Positions 36,404 to 46,670 of a DNA stretch of 64,000 bases are shown here, in pieces (the stretch's first letter is position 1; each line of letters opens with the position of its first letter). The stretch is from Faecousia sp. Lineage in GTDB: Bacteria; Bacillota; Clostridia; Oscillospirales; Oscillospiraceae. The translations under genes were made by a program, and so were the position numbers. A model generated the notes under the pieces. That model ran no database searches and was not told where the DNA came from. It saw only the letters and a program-made list of their open reading frames with translations. The DNA lies in NCBI GenBank assembly GCA_045540575.1, contig JAZQHM010000005.1:7210-71209 (forward strand), given 5' to 3'.

Positions 36404-37129
36404 TCAAGCATTTTCAAATAAAAGATCCGCATAGGGTGCGCCAAGCTCTTTAAGACCCTCTGCAACCAAGCCTGCAAACACCACTGCGCCATGATATTTT
36501 AGGTGCGTGTTGTCAAAAAGGCCGTTGGGATAAGCAGGATATTCGCCGGGCGCGATGTTCATAAACCACTTGGTGGTCTCCACCGGTCCTGCCGCCTCCA
36601 TCTTCTCGCGGCTCTTGGCGCACAGATCAATAAAGGGTACATTTTCTTCTTCGGCAAGCTGCTTCATAGCCGCCACATACTCCGTATGACCGCTGGGCTG
36701 CAGCGTAGTGGGAGTCTTGGGGTCCATGGTAGGATCTGCCCACATGCGCGAGCCATCCATAAATGCCCGGCGCTCCAAAGAGGACACTAAAATAGGCGTC
36801 GCGCCTGCATTGCGGGCAACATCGATCATCTTCTTCAGATTATCCTTGTATTCGCCAAAGGGCGCTGTATAGCGGAGGGTGTCGAAGGTCTTTTCATCAT
36901 TGTGACCGAATTCGATCAGCATATAATCTCCCGCACCGATCTCCTTTTCCAGCGCAGCCAGGTGACCTTCCGAAATGAAGGACTTGGTGCTTCTGCCGGA
37001 ACGGGCAAAATTGCGGACAATGACGCTATCCTTAAGGTAAAGATTCAAAGTCATGCCCACACCGGTCAGCGGAAACTGATGGGCTTTATAGTTAGCAAAG
37101 ATAGATGTACCGGCAATAAAGAGCTTCAT
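36404..37129 (-). CDS. Rhamnogalacturonan acetylesterase (CE12, RhgT/YesT-like SGNH)
   Basis: NFARSGRSTKSF, FGHNDEK and DNTH motifs. Confidence 0.85.
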   Translation of the reverse strand: MKLFIAGTSIFANYKAHQFPLTGVGMTLNLYLKDSVIVRNFARSGRSTKSFISEGHLAALEKEIGAGDYMLIEFGHNDEKTFDTLRYTAPFGEYKDNLKKMIDVARNAGATPILVSSLERRAFMDGSRMWADPTMDPKTPTTLQPSGHTEYVAAMKQLAEEENVPFIDLCAKSREKMEAAGPVETTKWFMNIAPGEYPAYPNGLFDNTHLKYHGAVVFAGLVAEGLKELGAPYADLLFENA

Positions 37130-37131
37130 CC

Positions 37132-39324
37132 TTATCTCTCCTCGAAATGATATTTTACTGTTTGGAAATCCCCTCTTTTGAATGCAGCAGGAAGACCGAC
37201 ACCCATAATGGTCGCGCCCTTGAGGGTCTGCTCCAACTCAGGGATATAATAATTCTTTTCCGGATCCAAGCCTCTTACCTTGAGGAATTTCACTTCCGCA
37301 TTTGCCTTCACCAGACGGCAGTAAGCGGTCATGAAGCCCTCTTTTTTGTCCTTGGATACTACCACAAAGCCAAAGTAGTTGCTCTCAAAGGGATTTTCCG
37401 TGCGGTAAAGGTCACCGGTACGCATGAGATTTTCCATGCGTCTGAATTCCTGCACGCTTTCCTTAATGCCTGCCCGGTCTTCATCGGTAAAGGAAGAGCT
37501 GTCCAGCTCGTAGCCGGTAGGACCAAGGTGGGCAATATCCGTACGGGTCTTTAAGGATGTGGTTCTGCCGGTCTGATGGTTGGGAACGGTAGACACATGG
37601 CAGGTCATGCAGCAGAGAGGATAGACCATAGAAGTACCATACTGAATCTGGGTACGCTCTTCCGCGTCGGTATCGTCAGAGGTCCAAATTTGGGGGAAAT
37701 AGTACAGCACACCGGGGTCAAACCGGGCACCGCCACCGGCGCAGCCTTCGAAGAACACATTGGGGTTGGCATTGACGATGCGCTCAAACAGATCGTAAAC
37801 ACCCAGCGCATACCGGTGGGCAAATTCCGCCTGCCGATCCGCATCCCGACCTAAGGACCAGGACTCGGTGACATTGCGGTTATAGTCCCATTTTACATAG
37901 TCAATTTCATTTTCCCGCAGCACCTTGTTGACCGCTTCTACGATATGATCCCGCACCTCTTTGCGGGTCAGATCCAGCATCAACTGCAGTCGGGCACGGC
38001 ACTGAGGTCTATTCGGAGCATGGATCGCCCAATCGGGATGGGCGCGGTAAAGATCCGAATCCTCACTGATCATTTCCGGCTCAAACCACAAGCCAAACTT
38101 CATGCCCAGGCTGTGGACATGATCGATGATAGGCTTAAGACCGCCAGGCAGCTTGTCGGTATTTACCACCCAGTCGCCAAGACCGGAATATTCGTCGTTT
38201 CTAACACCAAACCATCCGTCATCCAGAACGAATGTGTCAATGCCGGTGCCGGCAACGCCGTCAGCGATCGCCATCAACTTTTCCGTATTGAAACGGAAAT
38301 AAGTACCCTCCCAGTTGTTGATAACCAAGGGCTTGGGCTGATCGTTGAAACGTGGATTGATCAAATGGTTGCGGTAGGCATCATGGAAGCAGCGGCTCAT
38401 GCCACCGATGCCCTCGTTGGAATAGGCGATGACCACCTCGGGAGTCTCTAAGCACTCCCCTGCCTCCAGCTTCCAGGAAAAATCAAAATCGTTAATGCCG
38501 CCGGTAAGGAGCGTGCGTCCGTCATTAACGCCCTCAGCCTTCAGCACATAGGAAGAAGAATACACTAGGTTAATGCCGTAAACATCGCCATGCTCTTCTG
38601 TAGCACCTTTTTTTGCCAGCGCCATGAAAGGATTCAGCGTGGCAGAGGAAGTGGTGCGCTTGGAATCAATGGACACCACACCGTGGTGCAGCGGGATCTT
38701 ATCGATCTTCCGCTCTTTTGCCCACGCGCCGTAAAGAGTAATACAATCATACTCCTGATTCGGCAGGCTCATGGCAAAGGAATAGGCTCTTCTCAGCTTT
38801 AAGGTGTCCTTACCGCCGTTGCGGTAGACCACCCGGCGGGCGATCACACCGGCATCGTCATAGACGGTGTAGTAAAGATCTGCCCAAAAATCATTATACT
38901 TGTCATGCAGGTGTACAACCAGGGTTTCGCCGCCCCGCATAGAGGGCATACCGTTGATCGCCGGCTTTTCCGGCAGGATTTCATGACCGTCATAAAGAAG
39001 TTCCGAAATGCGCACACCCTTGCTGTCTTCTACATGGACAGCGCTCTCCCGATAGTCACCGGAGCCAAAGAAGGTCAGCTCCGAGGGAAAATAATGGTAA
39101 GAATCCATCCGCCGCCAAACATCTCTGGGGCGAATTTCACCGGGCACTACCGCCGCAGCAGCAAGACCGCCCTGCTCCCGGATATAGCGCAGGTCATCAT
39201 GACCGATGGTCTTGCCATAGTAAAGATGCTCAGCATAATTCCAATCGTTGATGTAAAAGACGTAGCTTACACCTTTTCCGTCCAGATAGAATGTCCTGGA
39301 GCTGCTGTCAAAGGTAATTGCCAT
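37132..39324 (-). CDS. Alpha-galactosidase GH36
   Basis: NNWEGTYF, FVLDDGWFG, FGLWFEPEM, YVKWDYNR and WTSDDTD motifs. Confidence 0.95.
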   Translation of the reverse strand: MAITFDSSSRTFYLDGKGVSYVFYINDWNYAEHLYYGKTIGHDDLRYIREQGGLAAAAVVPGEIRPRDVWRRMDSYHYFPSELTFFGSGDYRESAVHVEDSKGVRISELLYDGHEILPEKPAINGMPSMRGGETLVVHLHDKYNDFWADLYYTVYDDAGVIARRVVYRNGGKDTLKLRRAYSFAMSLPNQEYDCITLYGAWAKERKIDKIPLHHGVVSIDSKRTTSSATLNPFMALAKKGATEEHGDVYGINLVYSSSYVLKAEGVNDGRTLLTGGINDFDFSWKLEAGECLETPEVVIAYSNEGIGGMSRCFHDAYRNHLINPRFNDQPKPLVINNWEGTYFRFNTEKLMAIADGVAGTGIDTFVLDDGWFGVRNDEYSGLGDWVVNTDKLPGGLKPIIDHVHSLGMKFGLWFEPEMISEDSDLYRAHPDWAIHAPNRPQCRARLQLMLDLTRKEVRDHIVEAVNKVLRENEIDYVKWDYNRNVTESWSLGRDADRQAEFAHRYALGVYDLFERIVNANPNVFFEGCAGGGARFDPGVLYYFPQIWTSDDTDAEERTQIQYGTSMVYPLCCMTCHVSTVPNHQTGRTTSLKTRTDIAHLGPTGYELDSSSFTDEDRAGIKESVQEFRRMENLMRTGDLYRTENPFESNYFGFVVVSKDKKEGFMTAYCRLVKANAEVKFLKVRGLDPEKNYYIPELEQTLKGATIMGVGLPAAFKRGDFQTVKYHFEER

Positions 39325-39339
39325 TTAGGTTTCCTCCCG

Positions 39340-42165
39340 TTACCGCCGCTTTTTTAAATCAAAGCGCAGTGTGTAATAGCCTTCATTTTCCCATGCAGGC
39401 TTAAATGGGGACAAGCGTACATTTTCCCGGTCCGAGACGATATTGCCGTAGCGAACCGTATGCACGAGTGTTCCATTTTTATCGATGACATCCACTGTCA
39501 AGTCGTAAATGCCCTTGTCACAGCTTACAAGCACCGGGCTTATTTCGTCATCACTGCCATAGGAAATATCCGTATCGCCGGTTGCTGCAAATGCCTTTCG
39601 GTAGGCATCCTTCAGACCGTAAAAGCCCAGCTTTTTGTAGCCGTTGAAATCGATAGGTGGCTTCATATAAGAGCCGTTGTTCGCGCCGCTCGATAGGCAG
39701 CACCAGGTCATGCCGTCAACGCCCAAAAGCCGCATTTTCTTAACCGCATTGAATGCCGCCAGCGCCTGCAGCGCCTGGCTTTCCATCCATTCGTCGTCAG
39801 CAAATTCTCTGCCCATGACCCCAAGCTCGTCAGGACGCTCATAGGAGCGAACATAGGGCTCAGCAACAGCTTCCGGCGTACCCGGATTCGGCAAAGCCGT
39901 CACAGCAAACTCGGTAATGAGGTAGCTGTGCTCTTTACTTTGAAGCATTTCATCCTGCCAAGCCCAGTCCTGCTTGCGCATGGCTTCCCAGCTTTCGCCG
40001 TAGCCGCAGAGCAAGCTATAGGTATGGGTGCTGCGGATCACATTTTCGTGGACCCAGCCGCGACCGGAACGGGCAGTATTTCCCTTTTCATCCACGGTGC
40101 CGTTGTCGTTATAGTACTTGCAGCCCACATCATAGATGCCGCCGCCATAGTAAAGGTGAGAGCAAGGTGTCAAGAGTCTGCTATCATCCACCGCCGTCAC
40201 CGCTTCTGTAAATTCATCGTACATCCGGTCGATCACCGCTAGATCATCCGGATGGAACTCATTAGAGCCCTCGTACATGATAATGGACGGATGATTCATT
40301 ACGGCTTTGATTTGGCTCAGATAGACATCCTTTTCATGCCAGCAGCCATCATCCCAAACAAGCTCTTCCAGCGAATCGATGAACCGGGTGATCCAGATCA
40401 TCATAATACCCAGCCGGTCGCAGATTTGCGCAAAACGGGCATCGTTAGAGCCATAGCCCAGCATGTGCAGCCGCATAAAATTGCCGTTCATGGCTTTGAG
40501 CATCATTGCCTGCCATGCAATTTGCTGGGTCGTGGGGCAATTATGATTCACCGGCACATCCTTAAAGGGCGGCAAAAACTGCATCACAAGCGCGCCGTTA
40601 AGCAGCACTTTGTTACCGTTTAAGTAAATATCGCCATTTTTCTGGCAGATGGTACGAAAGCCCGTTTCCACTACGAAATCGTCGGTCTCTTTTCCCTCTG
40701 CATTCAGAAGCACTGCCCGCACTGCATAGAGATTGGGCGTTTCGTCCGACCATGGAAGCAATCTCGTATCATCCGGACCGGTGCCGAAATTGAAGGTGAT
40801 CTCCTTGCCGCTGACAGCGGTTTCCGCCATCAGCTCTTCTTTCCCCTGCTCCGGCCAGCACTTAGCCGCATACAGCCGCACTATGCCTTCAAAGGGCGCG
40901 TTGAGCACCAGCTTTGCCGTGGCTTTGATTCCGTACATGCTCACGGAATTGGTGCGGATCTTTAAATCCGTGATATGGGTCCTGGCGGTCAAATGCAGCT
41001 TTACACCGCCGCAGAACCAGCCGTTATAGCAATCGTCATGGCGGTGCCAGTAATAATACACCTCAGGTGCTCTCGGCTCCACCAGGATTTTCAGTTCATT
41101 TTCCCCTTTTCGCAGCTGGGCTGTTACATCCAGCTCGTGCCGGGTAAAGTCATCGGTATCCAGCACCGGCTGCCCATTCAGCCACACTTTCCCACAGGGG
41201 TCAAGGGTCTCGATATCCAGCGTTGCCACCTCAAAATCCGCAACTGTAAAGGTTTTTGTCAGCAGCAGCTGCCGGTCACGCTTTTCATAACTGCCGATGG
41301 CATAAGGAAGAGAAACCTCTTTCCCCTCATCCAACAACATTTTACCATATTCCGGATTTTTCGTAAATATGATTTTTTCATTATTTATGGACAAATCTGC
41401 TACTTTCCAGCCTTCTCTGGGGAACATGCCGCCGTCGAAGAAAATGCTGTCCACATTACCGCCGACAGTGGGAATGATTCCCTCAGTTTTTTCGCCGTTT
41501 ACGGTGAAAGTAACGGTTTCACCGATCTGCACCGCAATGTCATTCCAATCGCCGTAGCGGACATTGCTGAGCTTGATGTGCCGGGGCTCCCACTTGTCCC
41601 TGGTCATGGCGAAGATCTCGCCGGAGTTGCAAATGCGAATCTTTACCTTATCCAACGTGCCGCTGCGCAGCTCGATGAGGCGGCTGCCTTGCGCCGTTCC
41701 TGCGCGACGATTCTGGGTGGACTTATAGCCGGCAGGAATATAGACCCGGGAGCTGAAAGAAGCAACATCCTCTTTTACCTCGTAAAGGGCGCAAGGTGTG
41801 GGACGGATCTGCTTTCCGGGGAAAACAAGCGCGCTATTTTCCACTTTTGCGCCGCAGTAAAGGTGCAAGCCCTTATATTCCGGCTCTTTGCTGCTTTCCC
41901 GGGCAGTCATAGTGTCAAAGCGGATGGTCTTTCGCACCTTTCCGTCTGAGAAAGCGATTTTTTCAACAAAATCCGTTACTTCTTCCTGAGAAACCGCTTT
42001 TTGATCCAGCTTTTCGTCTTCATACCAAACACGGGCACTTTCTTGATAAGCGCGAAGAAATGCCAATCTCTCTTCATAGCTCAAGGCATTTTCCGTGCCG
42101 CTGAAATCCCGCTTCCGCTCTGGCTTGCCGGTGAAATAAACCAGTTCATTTGTGAGAATCGACAT
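39340..42165 (-). CDS. GH2-like glycoside hydrolase with an extra N-terminal domain
   Basis: PWSDETPNLY, TGFR..IYLNG..LNG, NHPSIIMYEGSNE (acid/base) and ITEF (nucleophile) motifs. Confidence 0.75.
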   Translation of the reverse strand: MSILTNELVYFTGKPERKRDFSGTENALSYEERLAFLRAYQESARVWYEDEKLDQKAVSQEEVTDFVEKIAFSDGKVRKTIRFDTMTARESSKEPEYKGLHLYCGAKVENSALVFPGKQIRPTPCALYEVKEDVASFSSRVYIPAGYKSTQNRRAGTAQGSRLIELRSGTLDKVKIRICNSGEIFAMTRDKWEPRHIKLSNVRYGDWNDIAVQIGETVTFTVNGEKTEGIIPTVGGNVDSIFFDGGMFPREGWKVADLSINNEKIIFTKNPEYGKMLLDEGKEVSLPYAIGSYEKRDRQLLLTKTFTVADFEVATLDIETLDPCGKVWLNGQPVLDTDDFTRHELDVTAQLRKGENELKILVEPRAPEVYYYWHRHDDCYNGWFCGGVKLHLTARTHITDLKIRTNSVSMYGIKATAKLVLNAPFEGIVRLYAAKCWPEQGKEELMAETAVSGKEITFNFGTGPDDTRLLPWSDETPNLYAVRAVLLNAEGKETDDFVVETGFRTICQKNGDIYLNGNKVLLNGALVMQFLPPFKDVPVNHNCPTTQQIAWQAMMLKAMNGNFMRLHMLGYGSNDARFAQICDRLGIMMIWITRFIDSLEELVWDDGCWHEKDVYLSQIKAVMNHPSIIMYEGSNEFHPDDLAVIDRMYDEFTEAVTAVDDSRLLTPCSHLYYGGGIYDVGCKYYNDNGTVDEKGNTARSGRGWVHENVIRSTHTYSLLCGYGESWEAMRKQDWAWQDEMLQSKEHSYLITEFAVTALPNPGTPEAVAEPYVRSYERPDELGVMGREFADDEWMESQALQALAAFNAVKKMRLLGVDGMTWCCLSSGANNGSYMKPPIDFNGYKKLGFYGLKDAYRKAFAATGDTDISYGSDDEISPVLVSCDKGIYDLTVDVIDKNGTLVHTVRYGNIVSDRENVRLSPFKPAWENEGYYTLRFDLKKRR

Positions 42166-42183
42166 TGCCGTACTCCCCTTTTG

Positions 42184-43266
42184 TTACTCCTTGATTTTTG
42201 CGATCTCCGCGCACATCAGCAAGAATGCGCCCATACCGTGCAGGTCGTTTTCGCTGGTGGGTCTTGCAATATAACCTGCGTACTGCATGACACCGGTACC
42301 AACACAGATGGAAGACATGGTAAGTTTCTCATCTTCCACCGTAATAAACTCACGGATTACTGCCTCAAAACCCTTCTTGGCAGCTTCCAGCGCCTCTGCG
42401 CCCAAAATACTCATACGGTAAGCCTTAGCTGCAGCATAAGTGAACAGGCAGCTGCAGGAGGACTCAATCCAGTTGTCGCTCAAGTGTCCCTTATTGACCA
42501 CCTGATACCATGCGCCGCCCTCGCTCTGATAACCCAGCACAGAGCCCAGCACCTTGCGCTCAATATCTGCCAATTTTTCGTAGCGGGGATCTTCTTTATC
42601 CATCTGCTCCATAATATCCAAAACAGCAACCACATACCAGCCCAAGGCTCTGCCCCAAAATTCCTCGGAAAGACCGTGGGGCTTGGTTGCCCAGCGCTCT
42701 ACAAAGCTGGGATCCCACGCATGGTACAAAAGATTCGTTTCATCATCGTGCATATGATCGTACATGATAAAGACCTGCTCCACCGCCTGCTCATTCAGGC
42801 GCGGTGCATGCAAAAGCTTATCCATCATCATCTGCAGCGGACCTGCCATATAAAGTCCGTCCAGCCACATCTGATTGGCATAGTACTCCTTGTGCCAGAA
42901 GCCACCGAACTTATTGCGGCACCAGTTGCGAAGATTTACCTCCATCATCTGCAGCACGGAAAGGTATTTTTCATCCTTGGTGCGCTCGTACAGCGGGAAC
43001 AGCAAAATGCCTGCCATATAATCGTCAAGGCTTCCCTTCTGATAGTAACGAATAATGCCGGGCTCCGGAATGTAGCTGTCTACCCACTGCTTCATATAAT
43101 CAAAGTAGCGCTCATCGCCGCAGACATCGTAAAGATGCATCATGCCGGAAAGGAAAACACCCTGATGGTAATGGAAGCCGCCCTTGGGAGGCAGATCGGG
43201 CGCGTCGAATTTTGCCATCATGGTCTTGCAAGCTAAATTGCCGTAATATAAAGCCTTGTTGTTCAT
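42184..43266 (-). CDS. Unsaturated rhamnogalacturonyl hydrolase GH105 (YteR/YesR-like)
   Basis: FWHK..Y.NQMWLDGLYM, LLYHAWD, FWGRALGW and ND.HG.GAF motifs. Confidence 0.92.
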   Translation of the reverse strand: MNNKALYYGNLACKTMMAKFDAPDLPPKGGFHYHQGVFLSGMMHLYDVCGDERYFDYMKQWVDSYIPEPGIIRYYQKGSLDDYMAGILLFPLYERTKDEKYLSVLQMMEVNLRNWCRNKFGGFWHKEYYANQMWLDGLYMAGPLQMMMDKLLHAPRLNEQAVEQVFIMYDHMHDDETNLLYHAWDPSFVERWATKPHGLSEEFWGRALGWYVVAVLDIMEQMDKEDPRYEKLADIERKVLGSVLGYQSEGGAWYQVVNKGHLSDNWIESSCSCLFTYAAAKAYRMSILGAEALEAAKKGFEAVIREFITVEDEKLTMSSICVGTGVMQYAGYIARPTSENDLHGMGAFLLMCAEIAKIKE

Positions 43267-43352
43267 AGACTTTCCTCCTATAATCAAAACCGCAATCTAA
43301 AAAATCGTTCGCGATTATAATATTCGAACTGAATATGCACAGATAGTCTTTA

Positions 43353-43379
43353 ACGGACGGCGGATGATCCGCCGTCCGT
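43353..43379. other. GC-rich stem-loop after the ABC permease (weak terminator or stabiliser)
   Basis: ACGGACGGCGGA-TGA-TCCGCCGTCCGT with no U-tract on the minus strand. Confidence 0.6.
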
Positions 43380-43393
43380 CATAGAAAACAGTA

Positions 43394-44245
43394 TTAGCCC
43401 TTGATGCCGTCCATGCTGATACCATCGATCAAAGTTCTCTGGCAAAGGAAGAAAATGATCAATGTAGGAGTAATGGATGCCACAGACATGGCAAGCATAG
43501 GACCGTAGTTGGTGAAGCCTTCGTCAGAATACAGCTTCAGAGCATAACCAACAGGATAGTATTCAGGCTTGTTCAGATAGATCAATGCGCTGTAGTAGTC
43601 GCCCCACCAGCTAATGAAGGTCAGAACACCAACAGAGAACAGTGCGGGAACGATCAGAGGCAGGACGATCCGGCGATAGATGCCAAACCAGCCGCAGCCG
43701 TCGATGCGGGCAGCTTCGTCCATTTCCTTGGGGATGTTGCGCATGAACTGCATCAGCATGAAGATGTTGAATGCACCGCCGCCGAACATACCGGGGACCA
43801 GAATGGGAGCCCAAGTGCCGACCCAGCCCATATCACGGAACATGATATAGCGGGGGATCTGGGTAACCATGCCGGGCAGACACATCAGCGCGATCATCAG
43901 ACCGAACCAGAACTTTCTGCCTGCAAAGCGAATACGTGCGAAGCCGAATGCCACCAGACTGGAGCCGATCACCGCAGTAACGGTGTTGAAGCCCGCCATG
44001 ATGAAAGCATTCTTAAAGTAAGTAGTGAAGGTGTAACCGCCGAAGCCCTTCCAGCCGTTGATGTAGTTTTCCCAATGGGGATCGGTGACCCACAGCTGCT
44101 CAGCCGTACGGATAACATCCTTGGTTTCCTTCAAAGAGGAGACGATATTCCAAATCAAAGGGTACGCCATAACAAAGCAAAACAGCAGCATAAGTGCGTG
44201 ATAGATCGTAATGCCGATGCCCTTTTTCAAACGATAAAGGTTCAT
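43394..44245 (-). CDS. Carbohydrate ABC transporter permease (YesQ/MalG-like)
   Basis: EAA loop IPKEMDEAARIDG; TM helices. Confidence 0.95.
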   Translation of the reverse strand: MNLYRLKKGIGITIYHALMLLFCFVMAYPLIWNIVSSLKETKDVIRTAEQLWVTDPHWENYINGWKGFGGYTFTTYFKNAFIMAGFNTVTAVIGSSLVAFGFARIRFAGRKFWFGLMIALMCLPGMVTQIPRYIMFRDMGWVGTWAPILVPGMFGGGAFNIFMLMQFMRNIPKEMDEAARIDGCGWFGIYRRIVLPLIVPALFSVGVLTFISWWGDYYSALIYLNKPEYYPVGYALKLYSDEGFTNYGPMLAMSVASITPTLIIFFLCQRTLIDGISMDGIKG

Positions 44246-44263
44246 TCGTTGCTCCTCCTTTCT

Positions 44264-45199
44264 TTATGTTTCGTTCTGGTAGTAGACCCAGCTGGAAGAG
44301 GACTTGAATGTGAAAGCAGTCAATGTCGCAATAACTACCATCAGGAACCATGCCATAGCAGAGGCCAAGCCCATTTCATGGCGTACGAAGCCGGTGTTGT
44401 ACTGGTGCAGACCGAAGAACAAGGTTGCGCCCAAAGGACCACCATTGGTAATCAGGAAGGCGGAGTTAAATGCCTGCAGCGCACCGATGATACCGTTGAT
44501 CAGGTTGAAGAACAGAGAACCGGTGATGAGCGGCAGGGTGATCTTCCAGAACTGCTGTCTGGAGGTTGCGCCGTCCAGGGTTGCCGCTTCATAAAGCTCC
44601 TTAGGAACATTCTTGATAGCCGCCAGGAAGATCAGCATTCTGGCGCCAAATCCCCACAGCGACATCAAAAGCAGAATCCACAGTGCGGTATCGGGGTTGG
44701 TCAACCAGTTTGTGCCTTTCAGACCAATAGACTCCAGCAGATGGTTAATAACGCCATCGGTATTAAACAGCTGCTTCCAGACAAGGCTCATGGCAACGCC
44801 GCCGCCGACCAGGGAAGGAATGTAGAAAACAACGCGGTAGAAGTTTGTCAGCTTGGTAGCCTTGGAAAGAGCAACAGCAACAAACAGAGAAGTAGCCAAA
44901 GACAGGGGCACGCTAACCACAGCATACTTACATGTGACCCAGAAGGACTTCCAGAAGCGTCTGTCGTTGGTGAACATCTCAACAAAGTTATCCAGACCGA
45001 TAAACTTGCCGCCCTTCAGGGTGTTGTAGTCCGTCATGGAATAGTAGATGGACATAATGAAGGGATACAGCGTCATAAAGAAGAAGCCAATGATCCAGAT
45101 ACCGACAAACAGGTAGCCGGCGATATTCTCTCTGGTCTTAGGCTTTAAATCCTCATATCTGCGAAGACGCGGATACTTATTAGAGGTTGTGTTTACCAT
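44264..45199 (-). CDS. Carbohydrate ABC transporter permease (YesP/MalF-like)
   Basis: EAA loop ELYEAATLDGA; FIGLDNF motif. Confidence 0.95.
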   Translation of the reverse strand: MVNTTSNKYPRLRRYEDLKPKTRENIAGYLFVGIWIIGFFFMTLYPFIMSIYYSMTDYNTLKGGKFIGLDNFVEMFTNDRRFWKSFWVTCKYAVVSVPLSLATSLFVAVALSKATKLTNFYRVVFYIPSLVGGGVAMSLVWKQLFNTDGVINHLLESIGLKGTNWLTNPDTALWILLLMSLWGFGARMLIFLAAIKNVPKELYEAATLDGATSRQQFWKITLPLITGSLFFNLINGIIGALQAFNSAFLITNGGPLGATLFFGLHQYNTGFVRHEMGLASAMAWFLMVVIATLTAFTFKSSSSWVYYQNET

Positions 45200-45229
45200 A
45201 ATTCAAATCACCTTTTCGTAAATAAAACG

Positions 45230-45255
45230 GATGGGCTGCGAGGCCGCAGCCCATC
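45230..45255 (-). terminator. Stem-loop between the binding protein and permease genes (partial terminator or stabiliser)
   Basis: GATGGGCTGCG-AGGC-CGCAGCCCATC followed on the minus strand by CGTTTTATTT. Confidence 0.65.
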
Positions 45256-45292
45256 GCATTTCATTTCAGTTCAAGTTTCTGTCTGCCGTTAA

Positions 45293-46594
45293 TCAGTTGG
45301 CAGCCTTCGCCATATCCTCATTCATGGTTTGAATGGCTTCCTCCGCCATTGCCATCATGTCAGCTTCTTCAAACATGCCGTACTTGTTCATCTGCATGTA
45401 GTCGCTCAAGGCGCTCTTTGCATCGCCATCATAGACAGAAGCAGTGGGACGCTCACACAGAGAGCCCAGCTTTTCCAGTTCTTCCAGAATCTGAGCCTGC
45501 AGCTTCATGTCATCAGTAGCGTTGGGCTCCAGATAGTCTCTGATAGCCTTGCTGATAGCCATGCCACGATCGTAGCCCAGAGTGTCATAGAAATACTCGC
45601 TGTTGATAAAGAAGTTCAGCAGTGCGACAGCACGGTCGGGATCGTCAGTGGTCTTGCCGATGCACCACAGAGTGTTAGGCTGAATGTAGGTAGTAGCAGG
45701 CACTTCCTCGGTGCAGGCAACTGCCATCCACTCAAGTTCCATATCGGTCTCAGCTTCCATCTGAGAAATCTGGTTGGAGTAAGTAGTGAAGCACCACAGC
45801 TTGCCGTCCATCAGACCCTGCTGACCGCCTTCGATACCTTCCTCAGGCTTTGCGAAGTAGCCGTACTCCATGCCCTCACGCTCGAACTTCCAGAAGTCGA
45901 CCAGCATCTCGGGGCTGAAGCCCACCTGCATGCCATCATCGGTATAGTAGGTCTCGCCGTGCATACGAACATACTCTTCAAACTCCAGATACATCTTCTT
46001 GCCGCTGTTGTCATAAACCTTCTTGGCAACATCGATCAGCTGATCCAGAGTGGGGTTACGGGGCAGCTCACAGCCGGCAGCTGCAACAGTCGCGGGATCG
46101 TACAGGTAAACGGGAACGTTCACACCGGTGGGAACGGCATACATACCGCCCTGGTAGTAGCACATATCCAGATACTTCTGATCAACATTCTTCAGATCCA
46201 GCGCGCCGCTCTCATAGTAGGGAGTCAGATCCAGCAGGTTGCCGGACTCAGCATAAATCTCGATCTTCTGATAGGTCATCTGGAAGACATCGGGAATGGT
46301 GTTGCCGGCGATATCGATATCCAGCATGGACCAGAATTCAGCGGAACCACAGTACTTGACCTTGGTCTCGCCGCCATTGAGCTTGTCGAACTCCTTCAGA
46401 ACTTCCATGGTTTTGTTGTGACGCTGGTCAGCGCCCCACCATGCCACCATGAACTCGCCCTTTTCGGTGTTGCCGCCCTGATTGGTATTACCGGAAGTGC
46501 CGTCGGGGGTCTCAGTTTTGCCGCAGGCAGTAAAGCAGCCGATGATCATCAGCATAGCCAGCACCAGGGAAAGAACTTTAACAATCTTCTTCAT
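45293..46594 (-). CDS. Carbohydrate ABC transporter substrate-binding lipoprotein (YesO-like)
   Basis: Lipobox FTAC after MKKIVK; WWGADQRH, PDVFQM and LLDLTPY motifs. Confidence 0.92.
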   Translation of the reverse strand: MKKIVKVLSLVLAMLMIIGCFTACGKTETPDGTSGNTNQGGNTEKGEFMVAWWGADQRHNKTMEVLKEFDKLNGGETKVKYCGSAEFWSMLDIDIAGNTIPDVFQMTYQKIEIYAESGNLLDLTPYYESGALDLKNVDQKYLDMCYYQGGMYAVPTGVNVPVYLYDPATVAAAGCELPRNPTLDQLIDVAKKVYDNSGKKMYLEFEEYVRMHGETYYTDDGMQVGFSPEMLVDFWKFEREGMEYGYFAKPEEGIEGGQQGLMDGKLWCFTTYSNQISQMEAETDMELEWMAVACTEEVPATTYIQPNTLWCIGKTTDDPDRAVALLNFFINSEYFYDTLGYDRGMAISKAIRDYLEPNATDDMKLQAQILEELEKLGSLCERPTASVYDGDAKSALSDYMQMNKYGMFEEADMMAMAEEAIQTMNEDMAKAAN

Positions 46595-46670
46595 ATTGAA
46601 CTCTCCTTTTTGTTTGATTATAAGCATGGCAAACACATAGCCACAGTGTGCCAACTTGCTCTTATCATAT

